NCBI GenBank assembly: GCA_002457675.1 | Contig: NTKK01000004.1 | Span: forward strand, 27,666-91,665 | Source: Bacteroidetes bacterium MED-G17 | GTDB taxonomy: Bacteria; Bacteroidota; Bacteroidia; NS11-12g; UBA9320 | Reading direction: 5' to 3' | DNA length: 64,000 nt | In this document: positions 48,815-57,679 of the stretch, piece after piece | Numbering within the stretch: the first letter of the stretch is position 1 | Layout of the letters: the number at the start of each line of letters is the position of its first letter | Made by a program: the position numbers and the translations under genes | Notes under the pieces: model-generated | Told to the model about the DNA's origin: nothing | The model's database searches: none | What the model saw: only the letters and a program-made list of their open reading frames with translations

Positions 48815-51463
48815 TTGTTTACAAACTTGAACTGGTCTTTAGTTAATTTGAATAGTTCATTGGCAAAAGTAATAAGTAAAAAAGAAACCCCTTTGATGCG
48901 CCAGTATCGCGAAATCAAAGAAAAATATCCGAATACTATTCTTCTTTTTAGAGTGGGTGACTTTTATGAAACGTTTGGGAAAGATGCTATAATTGCTTCT
49001 GAAGTCTTGGGTATTGTACTCACTAAAAGGGCAAATGGTAAAGCTTCACATGTAGAGTTGGCTGGATTTCCTCACCATTCATTAGATGTTTATTTACCAA
49101 AACTTGTAAAAAATGGATATCGAGTAGCTGTTTGCGATCAATTAGAAGATCCAAAAAAAACAAAGACAATTGTCAAAAGAGGCGTTACAGATATGCTTAC
49201 GCCAGGTGTGGCAACCCATGACCAGGTGATTGATGCTAAGAAAAACAATTACTTATGTTCATTATATCAAGTTGACAAGCAATTAGGGCTTGGTTTTGTT
49301 GACTTTTCTACTGGAGAATTTCAAATCACTCAAGGTCAATTAGATACCATCGTAACACTGCTTCATGCCATAAATCCGGCAGAAATTTTGGTAAGTAAAA
49401 AACAGCAAAACTCTATAAATGAACTGTTAAAGGAGAAATACTATTTATATGCCATTGAAGACTGGTTTTTTGATACCGATTTTGCCAAAGACAAAATTTT
49501 CCATCACTACAAAGTCAATAATCTAAAAGGTTTTGGTATTGAAGATTTGGATCTAGCTTTACTTCCTGCAGGAGCAATATTGCACTATTTTCAAGAGACC
49601 CATCAAGAACATGTAGGCCATCTTCATGCTTTGAGTAGATTAAATTATGATGACGTTTTGTGGTTGGACCAGTTCACGGTTAGAAATCTTGAGTTAATTG
49701 ATTCAGCTCATCCTGACGGTTTAAGTCTATTAGATATTTTGGACAAATGCAGCAACCCGATGGGTTCTAGATTATTAAAAAAATGGCTGTTACGCCCTCT
49801 GGTTGATCTTAATGAAATTCAAAAAAGACAAAAAATTGTTTCTTTATTTTTCTCTAAACAAGAATTTGAGAGTCAAACTAGTTCACTACTAAGGAATATC
49901 GGTGATTTAGAGAGAATGGCTGCCAAATTGGCCTTAAGAAAAATTGGTCCACGAGAATTAAAACAAATGGCCCAGTCAATTAACCATGTTGTTGAGCTCG
50001 AGTCGATATGTACAAAAGAATTATCAGCCGCTTCATTTCCACTTCGAAGTGAAAAAACCATAAAACTGGTTAAAGAAATAGAAACCTATCTCGTTGAGGA
50101 ACCTCCTGCCCTTTCTACCAAAGGAGACTTAATTCAAGATGGAATTGATGAAAAACTAGATCAGTTTAGGGACATCAGAAAAAATGGCAAAGAGCATCTA
50201 ATCAATATCCAGCAAAAAGCTATTGAAGAAACAGGTATAATCTCTTTAAAAATCGGGTTCAATAATGTATTTGGGTATTATTTAGAAGTAACAAATGTTC
50301 ACAAGGACAAAGTGCCTTCAAAATGGATAAGAAAGCAAACACTTACCAATGCAGAAAGATATATTACGGAAGAGCTAAAACAATATGAACAGAAAATATT
50401 GAATGCAGAAGAACATATACTCGATTTAGAAAAGAAAATTTATGACGCGTTTATAGAGCGTATACAATCCTATGTTCCAATCGTCCAAAATCTATGTTTT
50501 TACTTGGCCCAATTGGATTGCTTAAGATCTTTTGGCCATTTGGCGTTTACAAATAAATATACTTGCCCTAAACTTAAAAAAAGTCAATCTCTTTCTTTTA
50601 AAAAACTCCGACACCCTGTAATCGAGACACAATTGCCTAGCAATGAAAGCTATATTCCAAACGATCTACATTTAAACAAGGAAAACCAACAAATCATTGT
50701 TCTTACGGGCCCAAATATGTCAGGAAAATCTGCCATCTTAAGACAAACAGCTTTAGCAGTCATCATGGCACAAATAGGATGCTTTGTACCCGCTAATGAA
50801 GCAGAAATAGGAATAGTAGATAAAATATTTACACGTGTTGGTGCGAGCGATAATATTTCTCAAGGAGAATCAACTTTTATGGTTGAAATGCTAGAGACAT
50901 CAAGTATTTTAAATAATTTATCTTCTGATAGTCTGATTTTATTAGATGAAATTGGAAGAGGCACCAGTACGTATGACGGTATCAGTTTGGCTTGGAGTAT
51001 TGCTGAATATTTGCACCAATGTGCTGAAAAACCAAAAGTTTTGTTTGCTACACATTATCATGAGCTAAACCAATTGGAGAAAAAACATACGGGCATTGTT
51101 AATTTCCATATCAGTTCAAAAGAAATGCAGTCTCAGGTCGTTTTTCTCAGGAAATTGACAAGGGGCGCTAGCAACAGTAGTTTTGGTATTCATGTAGCAG
51201 CAATGGCAGGAATGCCCAATTCTGTTCTGCAAAGAGCACAAGCATTATTAAATGAATTAGAAAACGAAAGAGGAAAAAACCAATTGTTGGGGTTAACTTC
51301 CAAAAGTTTTGACAAGGCAATCCAACAAATACCACTTTTTGAAAATCAAAATAAAGAGTGGAAAGCACTAGCTAAACAGCTTTCTCTTATAGATACAAAT
51401 ACGATAACGCCTATTGAAGCATTACTTAAACTAAATGAACTTAAATCAATTATTAAGAATTAG
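48815..51463 (+). CDS. mutS: DNA mismatch repair protein MutS
   Basis: ETPLMRQYREIKEKYPNTILLFRVGDFYETF (mismatch-binding domain) and C-terminal Walker A GPNMSGKS. 882 aa. An in-frame TTG at 48860 (giving MAKVISKKETPLM...) is a plausible alternative start. Confidence 0.92.
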   Translation: MFTNLNWSLVNLNSSLAKVISKKETPLMRQYREIKEKYPNTILLFRVGDFYETFGKDAIIASEVLGIVLTKRANGKASHVELAGFPHHSLDVYLPKLVKNGYRVAVCDQLEDPKKTKTIVKRGVTDMLTPGVATHDQVIDAKKNNYLCSLYQVDKQLGLGFVDFSTGEFQITQGQLDTIVTLLHAINPAEILVSKKQQNSINELLKEKYYLYAIEDWFFDTDFAKDKIFHHYKVNNLKGFGIEDLDLALLPAGAILHYFQETHQEHVGHLHALSRLNYDDVLWLDQFTVRNLELIDSAHPDGLSLLDILDKCSNPMGSRLLKKWLLRPLVDLNEIQKRQKIVSLFFSKQEFESQTSSLLRNIGDLERMAAKLALRKIGPRELKQMAQSINHVVELESICTKELSAASFPLRSEKTIKLVKEIETYLVEEPPALSTKGDLIQDGIDEKLDQFRDIRKNGKEHLINIQQKAIEETGIISLKIGFNNVFGYYLEVTNVHKDKVPSKWIRKQTLTNAERYITEELKQYEQKILNAEEHILDLEKKIYDAFIERIQSYVPIVQNLCFYLAQLDCLRSFGHLAFTNKYTCPKLKKSQSLSFKKLRHPVIETQLPSNESYIPNDLHLNKENQQIIVLTGPNMSGKSAILRQTALAVIMAQIGCFVPANEAEIGIVDKIFTRVGASDNISQGESTFMVEMLETSSILNNLSSDSLILLDEIGRGTSTYDGISLAWSIAEYLHQCAEKPKVLFATHYHELNQLEKKHTGIVNFHISSKEMQSQVVFLRKLTRGASNSSFGIHVAAMAGMPNSVLQRAQALLNELENERGKNQLLGLTSKSFDKAIQQIPLFENQNKEWKALAKQLSLIDTNTITPIEALLKLNELKSIIKN

Positions 51464-52685
51464 TTACATAATATTTTTTTTAATAAATTTTAATTCAGTG
51501 TGCAGTCAAAATTTTTGGATAACGGATTATGCACATGATATGGTTGGTTTGAAAAAATACCATGAAATGGGCTATACAGGTAAGGGGGTGACAATTGCTG
51601 TTTTAGACAACGGATTTTACCGGGTTGACTCTATTGCAGCATTTGCCAAGCTCAGAGATCGCGGGGGCATAATAGCTACATTCGATGTGATTGCTAATGA
51701 CAGCAATGTTTTCGATCGAGGTAATCATGGCCTTTATGTTTTATCAATAATGGCAGGTTTTGTCAATGATTCATTTAACGGGAGCGCACCAAACGCAGAT
51801 TATATTTTAGTTCATACCGAAAACGCTTTAAAAGAAGTGCATCAAGAGGAATATAACTGGAAAACTGGTTCAGAATGGGCAATTGAAAAAGGTGCCGACA
51901 TAATTAATAGTTCACTAGGATATTCACTTTTTGACACCTTAGAAGGCGATTATTCCTACCAAGAAATGAATGGTAAATCTACTGTAGTAACCTTAGCGGC
52001 TGAAGCTGCTTCGAAACAGGTGCTGGTTGTAAATAGCGCTGGAAATAGTGGAAATAATTCCTGGTATCATATCACTGCTCCGTGTGATGGACCTTCCGTA
52101 TTTTGTATTGGCGCCTTAGATTCATTTGGAAGAGTAGCAGTTTTTTCCTCACGAGGTCCTACAGCAGACGGGAGAATTAAGCCAAATGTTTCTGCAATGG
52201 GCGCTAATGTGGCATTTATTAACAGTCGAGGTCGTTTTCAGATAGGAAGTGGAACCAGCTTCTCCTCTCCTCTTATTGCTGGTATGATGGCGTGTTTGAA
52301 ACAAGCTTTTCCAAACGCCAGCAATGAACTTCTTATGCGTTCGGTAGAGCAAAGTGCTAGTCATTACAATAACCCGAATGAGGCTATTGGATATGGGATA
52401 CCAAATGTATTATTGGCTGACTCCATTATCAAAAGCACATTGGCTTCAATCACAAACAATTCTAAAACTTCTACTCCTTTTATTTTTCCTAATCCAAGTA
52501 AAAACAAATTGTTTGTAGAACACAACTATCCAATCTTTTTACTTGAGTTGAAAAATGTTTTGGGCGAAATAATCATGTTTAGTCATGAAAATAAACTTGA
52601 CATAACAATGCTTCCAAAAGGTCAATATTTTTTACATATAACCGATAGTAGACAGAATTTTTGGGTGAAAAAGATCCAAAAGTAA
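51435..52685 (+). CDS. S8-family subtilisin-like serine peptidase with T9SS C-terminal sorting domain
   Basis: Catalytic triad motifs VAVLDNGF (Asp), HGLYV (His), GTSFSSP (Ser). C-terminal CTD FIFPNPSKNKLFVEH...LPKGQYFLHI. Confidence 0.85.
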   Translation: MNLNQLLRISYIIFFLINFNSVCSQNFWITDYAHDMVGLKKYHEMGYTGKGVTIAVLDNGFYRVDSIAAFAKLRDRGGIIATFDVIANDSNVFDRGNHGLYVLSIMAGFVNDSFNGSAPNADYILVHTENALKEVHQEEYNWKTGSEWAIEKGADIINSSLGYSLFDTLEGDYSYQEMNGKSTVVTLAAEAASKQVLVVNSAGNSGNNSWYHITAPCDGPSVFCIGALDSFGRVAVFSSRGPTADGRIKPNVSAMGANVAFINSRGRFQIGSGTSFSSPLIAGMMACLKQAFPNASNELLMRSVEQSASHYNNPNEAIGYGIPNVLLADSIIKSTLASITNNSKTSTPFIFPNPSKNKLFVEHNYPIFLLELKNVLGEIIMFSHENKLDITMLPKGQYFLHITDSRQNFWVKKIQK

Positions 52686-52688
52686 GAG

Positions 52689-53687
52689 TTAATATTTTTT
52701 TGAAATAAAAGAAGTATCTGTCAAAGCCTTCAAAAAATCTATTAGGTTCTTTTTTTCTTCAGGATTAATGTCAAAAGCTTTAATAAAGTGGCTTTTGTTT
52801 GGATGAATTTTTCCACCAGATGCGTAGTGATCAATTACCGCTTCTAAAGTTTCTATGCTTCCATCATGCATATATGGAGAGGTAATGGCAACATTTCTTA
52901 AGCTTGGAACTTTAAACTTGTCCCTATCTTGCTCTAAATAAGTTATTCGCATCCGACCTGAATCATTGGGATATTTTAATCTGTACAACCCATTATTCTG
53001 CAATGAGAAATTGCTAAAATTTTTGCCATTATGGCATCTTGAACAATACAAATCCTGAAAAAATAATTTCATCCCCTTCTTTTGGGACGAATTAAGTGCG
53101 TCTAAATCACCCGTAATGTACTGATCAAATTTTGACTGGTTGCTAATCAAAGTTCGCTCAAAACAGGCAATAGCATGTGTAATGACGAATGGATTGGGGT
53201 CAATTTGGTATGCCTTGTTACTTAAATGTAGATAGCTTACATTTTTTTTCATTCGCTCAGCAATCAAGCGAAGGTCAAAGTCAAATTCAGCGTGTTCTTG
53301 TACTGGCACCAATACCTGCATTTCTAGAGACGGAACGCCTCTATCCCAGTGCAAACCTGAATCTTGATCAACCACATTAGCCAAACTAGGCGCATTTCTT
53401 CCAACTTGCTGCTGCCTAATACCTACACTTTTTGCTTTCCCATCTGTAAATGCTTTTGTGGGTAAATGGCAGGTAGCACAAGATAGTGAATAATCTCTAG
53501 ACATTATGGAGTCAAAAAATAACCTTTGCCCCAAAAGCACTTTTATAGAATCAGATGAATTTTCTCTATAATATTGTGAGAAAAAGCTTTCGTTTGGTTT
53601 AAGAGGTATAAAACAATATTCTTCGTAATTATAGAAAGTAAAAAAAACAAGTAAACCTAAGAATCCTGCTTTAAGTTTTGCGACCAT
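52689..53687 (-). CDS. di-haem cytochrome c peroxidase / MauG-family protein (MbnH-like by gene context)
   Basis: Two CxxCH haem-binding motifs (CATCH, CSRCH) about 145 aa apart, plus the CCP-family motif HWDRGVPSLEMQ. N-terminal hydrophobic segment. It is the last gene of the copper-cluster operon. Confidence 0.8.
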   Translation of the reverse strand: MVAKLKAGFLGLLVFFTFYNYEEYCFIPLKPNESFFSQYYRENSSDSIKVLLGQRLFFDSIMSRDYSLSCATCHLPTKAFTDGKAKSVGIRQQQVGRNAPSLANVVDQDSGLHWDRGVPSLEMQVLVPVQEHAEFDFDLRLIAERMKKNVSYLHLSNKAYQIDPNPFVITHAIACFERTLISNQSKFDQYITGDLDALNSSQKKGMKLFFQDLYCSRCHNGKNFSNFSLQNNGLYRLKYPNDSGRMRITYLEQDRDKFKVPSLRNVAITSPYMHDGSIETLEAVIDHYASGGKIHPNKSHFIKAFDINPEEKKNLIDFLKALTDTSFISKKY

Positions 53688-53699
53688 AATTGGACACTT

Positions 53700-54683
53700 T
53701 TACTTTTTCACCATAAACTTTTTGCTAACCAAAAATGCCTTGTCTGACTCAAAAACAGCTAGGTAAGTTCCTTGGGGCAACTCCATATTTATGAAATAAT
53801 TACCTGCATTAGAAAGATCATTCTCAAATTTAAGAATCTTTCCTTGCATGTCTATTACTTTTAGATTTACACGATTTTCATAAGGAAATTCATAAAAGAT
53901 GGTAGGTGCATATGGCAGTCCATAATCAAAAACAACATGCCCGCTTCCCTGTTGTGGGTGTTTTTTAAGCGATGCAGTTGCTTCTGTATCAAAAACTTTA
54001 AACTTATTAGTATTGAACATAATCGTTTCGTTAAGCCAATATACACCATGATTATATCCTGCTTCAGCTAAGTCAATGTCTTTTAGCCAATCAGCAATAT
54101 TTACATATAGCTCGATTTCTGTGTCCTTACCATTTATTTTTCCTGTGGTTTCAATTTTATTTACTGGAGTTAAATATTCGTCATTGGCTGTAACATGAAA
54201 TTCAAATTTTTTGTCAAGGAGTCCATCCTTGTCATCGTCTATGCTTCCTTCAATTACCAAAAATCGATAGCCAGCAGCCCATCCCCAATGCATCGAAGGA
54301 TTCTTTAATGCCAAGGGGTGCGATTCATCATAAATAGCTGGGTTTAAGTGGTTTTTTTCAACATCAACGCCAACATCAAACTTTAAACCTTGTAATTTAT
54401 CTATTGTTAAACTGTTTAAATTATAATTAGAAATATTGGCACTTGCGAGCACATAATGGTCTTTTAGTGGAATACTTTGCCCATTGTCTTGAATCTCAAA
54501 ACCAGAAAGATAATATTGTACTCTGGTAATCTGCAAAGTCCTGCCAGAATTGTCGTAATACTTTTGATCGTAAGAGAAAGGCGTGCCATTCCACTCATGA
54601 TTTAACTTTAGGGTGATGTTTCCTTGGGCAAAAACGTTTGACGATAGATAAAGGAAAAGTTGAATAAAAAATAAATATTTCAT
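53700..54683 (-). CDS. secreted hypothetical protein (candidate MbnP-like partner of the adjacent peroxidase) with T9SS-type C-terminal domain
   Basis: Signal peptide MKYLFFIQLFLYLSSNVFAQ. No catalytic motif recognised. It lies 12 nt upstream of the di-haem peroxidase gene in the same operon. The C-terminal ~70 aa (...VIDMQGKILKFENDLSNAGNYFINMELPQGTYLAVF...) look like a T9SS CTD that lacks the usual PNP start. Confidence 0.45.
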   Translation of the reverse strand: MKYLFFIQLFLYLSSNVFAQGNITLKLNHEWNGTPFSYDQKYYDNSGRTLQITRVQYYLSGFEIQDNGQSIPLKDHYVLASANISNYNLNSLTIDKLQGLKFDVGVDVEKNHLNPAIYDESHPLALKNPSMHWGWAAGYRFLVIEGSIDDDKDGLLDKKFEFHVTANDEYLTPVNKIETTGKINGKDTEIELYVNIADWLKDIDLAEAGYNHGVYWLNETIMFNTNKFKVFDTEATASLKKHPQQGSGHVVFDYGLPYAPTIFYEFPYENRVNLKVIDMQGKILKFENDLSNAGNYFINMELPQGTYLAVFESDKAFLVSKKFMVKK

Positions 54684-54688
54684 AATTT

Positions 54689-55933
54689 TTAATGTTTAAT
54701 TATTTTATGTGTTGATATAGTTTGGTCAAAATGAAGTTGTAAAATATATACGCCGTCCGGAAAACCAGTCAAATCAAAGCTTTTCTGAAAAGATTCATAG
54801 CTTTTAAGCTTATTACCATCAATACTGATTAAAGTGGTTTTTTTAACTTGATCAACCTTTATTTTACCCAGCGTAATTTCAAAAATATCTGAAGTTGGAT
54901 TTGGAAAAATCCGCGCGTGTTGTTTTACATGTTTTTCAACAACAGGAAGGTCTATATGTACAATCCTTATTTTCTGCACACCCAATACTTTGCTATTGTT
55001 TAAGTCAAAATATTCGACCAGTATAATACCACTATCAAGTAGGTTATCTAAAGATTCATTCGATAGTAATATATCATATCGTTCACCTGGCATTACTTCT
55101 AAAATATTTACGGTATCTACGCCTTCAGGAATGGGTCTACCGTCTGTACTTACCACCCGGGCAAGAAATCCACTTGGAAATATAAATCGATTACCGCAAT
55201 TCCCAATATTGGCAAAGTGTAACAGGCTGTTGTAGTGGCGACGGGGATAGTCTGAAAAAACTTCAATGTGATCAAACAAAAAATCACTGTTTGACTTACC
55301 ATTTAACATTAAATATTGGGGATGATAGTCGGGAATTGATATTTCTGTATGGTTTGAATCGTATGCGTGTTGAATAAATTCTTTGGTATGCCAATGAGTG
55401 TCTATTTCAGATGTGAGAAAAGTGTACTCTTTACCCTCATATGAATAACCATAAATTTTGCCATATAATTTGGGATGGATAACAATAACTCCATACATAC
55501 CAGCCTGAACATGTATAGGTGAAACTACATGACAGTGGTATAAATATGTACCAGGGTGTTTCGCTACAAATTCATATTTACCTTGCTCGAGATGCTTGAC
55601 ACTAAAAGACAATTCTGGCACACCGTCATTGGCTTGATTAGCATCCAAACCGTGTAGATGAATGGTGTGGGGTGCTCCTTGAGAATAATTATTCAGGATG
55701 AGCGTCACAGAGTCTCCTTCTCCAAATTCTAATAATGGCCCTGGGATAGAAATAGATTGACCCAAAAGCTCTGTATAACCCATAAGGGCTATTTTGTTCC
55801 CGTCAGGCAGCTCAAATTGTGGTTCAAGGTCGATTTTTGAAAACAACTGTTTAACAACCCTTTTCTGCGCATATAAACCCTCAAGCATTAGAAAAACATA
55901 AAAAATGACTAGAAAAAATCGCGATTGTCTCAT
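54689..55933 (-). CDS. cupredoxin / multicopper-oxidase-domain protein with T1 copper site motifs and T9SS C-terminal sorting domain
   Basis: Signal peptide. The first domain carries HTIHLHG (HxxHxHG, residues ~89-95) and YHCHVVSPIHVQAGM (HCH-x5-H-x3-GM, residues ~133-146), i.e. MCO motif-3 and motif-4 equivalents in one domain. A second cupredoxin-like domain has THWHT. C-terminal CTD RIFPNPTSDIFEITL...GVYILQLHF. Confidence 0.7.
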   Translation of the reverse strand: MRQSRFFLVIFYVFLMLEGLYAQKRVVKQLFSKIDLEPQFELPDGNKIALMGYTELLGQSISIPGPLLEFGEGDSVTLILNNYSQGAPHTIHLHGLDANQANDGVPELSFSVKHLEQGKYEFVAKHPGTYLYHCHVVSPIHVQAGMYGVIVIHPKLYGKIYGYSYEGKEYTFLTSEIDTHWHTKEFIQHAYDSNHTEISIPDYHPQYLMLNGKSNSDFLFDHIEVFSDYPRRHYNSLLHFANIGNCGNRFIFPSGFLARVVSTDGRPIPEGVDTVNILEVMPGERYDILLSNESLDNLLDSGIILVEYFDLNNSKVLGVQKIRIVHIDLPVVEKHVKQHARIFPNPTSDIFEITLGKIKVDQVKKTTLISIDGNKLKSYESFQKSFDLTGFPDGVYILQLHFDQTISTHKIIKH

Positions 55934-56802
55934 GGATCAATACTTAAAGTGGTAAACATCCCCTTTGGATATTTTTTATTCGCTCTCAGTGCAGCCAAAT
56001 TATGATCATGTACAGGGTACTCACCTGGCTTGTCAGGTATGAGTTGTAAAATCATGGAGGCCATTGGATGGATTGGCAAGGTATCTTTTTTACGCCCAAC
56101 ATGGTTTGGAAATTTACTCGAATAAACAATTTCAACATGATAGCCATGAAAGTGTAGAGAGTGTATACCCAATCCTGTATTGGTTATATGAATAACCAAG
56201 GTATCTCCCACTGAACCAATTACTTTGGCGTCTGAATCTATATTGATATCCGGATTACTTTTTCCATTAATGGTGAATAGGTTTGGTTCATACAGAGCCC
56301 AATCTACAGATGTCCCTTCGCTAAGCTGAAAATTCAATGCATATTGATGGTCTTTTAGATTCCAATAAAAGGACTTATGTGAATGGTTTTTTACAACCAA
56401 CATCCCAGACAAACCAAAATAGGAATTGACTGGGAAATCATACGGATCGAAATAAATAAAAGCACCTTCCAAAAGGCGTTTTACCTCCACGAAGGCAGTA
56501 TCTTTGGGTAGAATTTCAATAGGACTTTTACTCAAACCTTGAATCTGAAATTGGTGAACATTATTGGTTCTGTTATGAATCAATAGTGTCAAGGTATCTC
56601 CAACTCTTGCGTTTAAAATTGGGTTTTCTTGCCTAAAATGATTGGTTAGATTATAACTTACATAGGGTAACTTTTCTCCATTGACTGTGAGCATAGAATC
56701 TTGGATGACAAATAAGTTGTAATGAACAATCGTTGATTGCGCACAGATAGAGTAAAATACTATGAAAATGGGTAAATACCACTTAACCTTATTCATGTAC
56801 AA
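55930..56802 (-). CDS. two-domain cupredoxin / multicopper-oxidase-like protein lacking the T1 cysteine
   Basis: Signal peptide. Domain 1 has NHSHKS (HxH). Domain 2 has GIHSLHFHGYH (HxxHxHG) and YPVHDHNLAALRANKKYPKGM, where the canonical HCH is HDH and the downstream His is absent. No T9SS CTD. 4-nt overlap with the downstream gene. Confidence 0.65.
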   Translation of the reverse strand: MYMNKVKWYLPIFIVFYSICAQSTIVHYNLFVIQDSMLTVNGEKLPYVSYNLTNHFRQENPILNARVGDTLTLLIHNRTNNVHQFQIQGLSKSPIEILPKDTAFVEVKRLLEGAFIYFDPYDFPVNSYFGLSGMLVVKNHSHKSFYWNLKDHQYALNFQLSEGTSVDWALYEPNLFTINGKSNPDINIDSDAKVIGSVGDTLVIHITNTGLGIHSLHFHGYHVEIVYSSKFPNHVGRKKDTLPIHPMASMILQLIPDKPGEYPVHDHNLAALRANKKYPKGMFTTLSIDP

Positions 56803-57490
56803 TTAGCTTTTGAGATGCCAACACATGAGCATCAAGTAAAAATTGTACGAAATATACACCTGGCTTCCATGAAGCAAGGTCAACACGAACACTCGGCTCG
56901 GATAGGTTGTGATTCTCGAAAACCTTTTTACCAGTTAGATCAAATATTACAAAGGATGTAAATTTATGATTTACAGGAATTTCAATGAAGTTAGATGCAG
57001 GATTTGGAAAAACTACAAAATCTCTAGCTGTCTGTGATTCATGAATGTTTGCGTTTTTAGCATTTATTATCCATGTGGCAGTATCTCCATCTTTAGGATT
57101 TTTTTTATTGAAAACACGCACTCTGTAGATGGATTCTTTCTCGCTATCCATAGGATTGACTGTGAGACGTACATAAGAATTTTCCTCACTTGTAGAGTTG
57201 GGGTTCATATCGAACATCTTGCCTTTTTCTAAAATAGAACCCAAGCATAAACCATATACACAAACCAAACCATCCCAATCACTCGGGATAGTACTTTCTA
57301 CGACTTCTATGCTTAACGATAGGGTATCTTCACGATTTTTTTTCACTTGTTCAATTTTCATCTCGGTATAAGTATTTTTTGCTATCACCTGAATGAGTGT
57401 ATCATTCGGATACCAAGAGAAAGACACTTGTGAAAATAAAATAAAAGAATTTCCTAAGACAAAAATTAAAACGGCAAACTTTTTAAACAT
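56789..57490 (-). CDS. secreted hypothetical protein with T9SS C-terminal sorting domain (first gene of the copper cluster)
   Basis: Signal peptide from the internal Met (MFKKFAVLIFVLGNSFILFSQ). C-terminal CTD FVVFPNPASNFIEIPVNHKFTSFVIFDLTGKKVF...GVYFVQFLLD. 14-nt overlap with the next gene. Confidence 0.5.
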   Translation of the reverse strand: MFKKFAVLIFVLGNSFILFSQVSFSWYPNDTLIQVIAKNTYTEMKIEQVKKNREDTLSLSIEVVESTIPSDWDGLVCVYGLCLGSILEKGKMFDMNPNSTSEENSYVRLTVNPMDSEKESIYRVRVFNKKNPKDGDTATWIINAKNANIHESQTARDFVVFPNPASNFIEIPVNHKFTSFVIFDLTGKKVFENHNLSEPSVRVDLASWKPGVYFVQFLLDAHVLASQKLIVHE

Positions 57491-57547
57491 ACCGACTCGA
57501 ATATACAAAAAATATTGAAAATGCATTCATCAATATTCTTTTCATTT

Positions 57548-57555
57548 TATATTTG
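57548..57555 (+). promoter_or_regulatory. candidate Bacteroidota -7 promoter element (TAnnTTTG) upstream of tRNA-Gly
   Basis: TATATTTG lies 24 nt upstream of the mature tRNA-Gly 5' end. No clean -33 TTG at the usual spacing. Confidence 0.3.
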
Positions 57556-57578
57556 CCGCTCCCTAAAATTAGGAACAA

Positions 57579-57651
57579 GCGAAAGTAGCTCAGCTGGTAG
57601 AGCATCACCTTGCCAAGGTGGGGGTCGCGAGTTCGAATCTCGTCTTTCGCT
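57579..57651 (+). tRNA. tRNA-Gly (anticodon GCC)
   Basis: GCGAAAG acceptor pairs with CTTTCGC. D-arm GCTCAGCTGGTAGAGC. Anticodon stem-loop TCACC-TTGCCAA-GGTGG has GCC at positions 34-36. T-arm GCGAGTTCGAATCTCGT. No encoded CCA. Confidence 0.85.
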
Positions 57652-57679
57652 CTAACAATGGGTTAGCCCATTTTTTATT

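Noticed and set aside
52689-57526. Interpreting the copper cluster as a mobile genomic island
   Set aside because: It is adjacent to a tRNA pair, but no integrase, flanking direct repeats or obvious compositional break is visible by eye. It is kept only as a low-interest boundary observation, not as a mobile-element feature.
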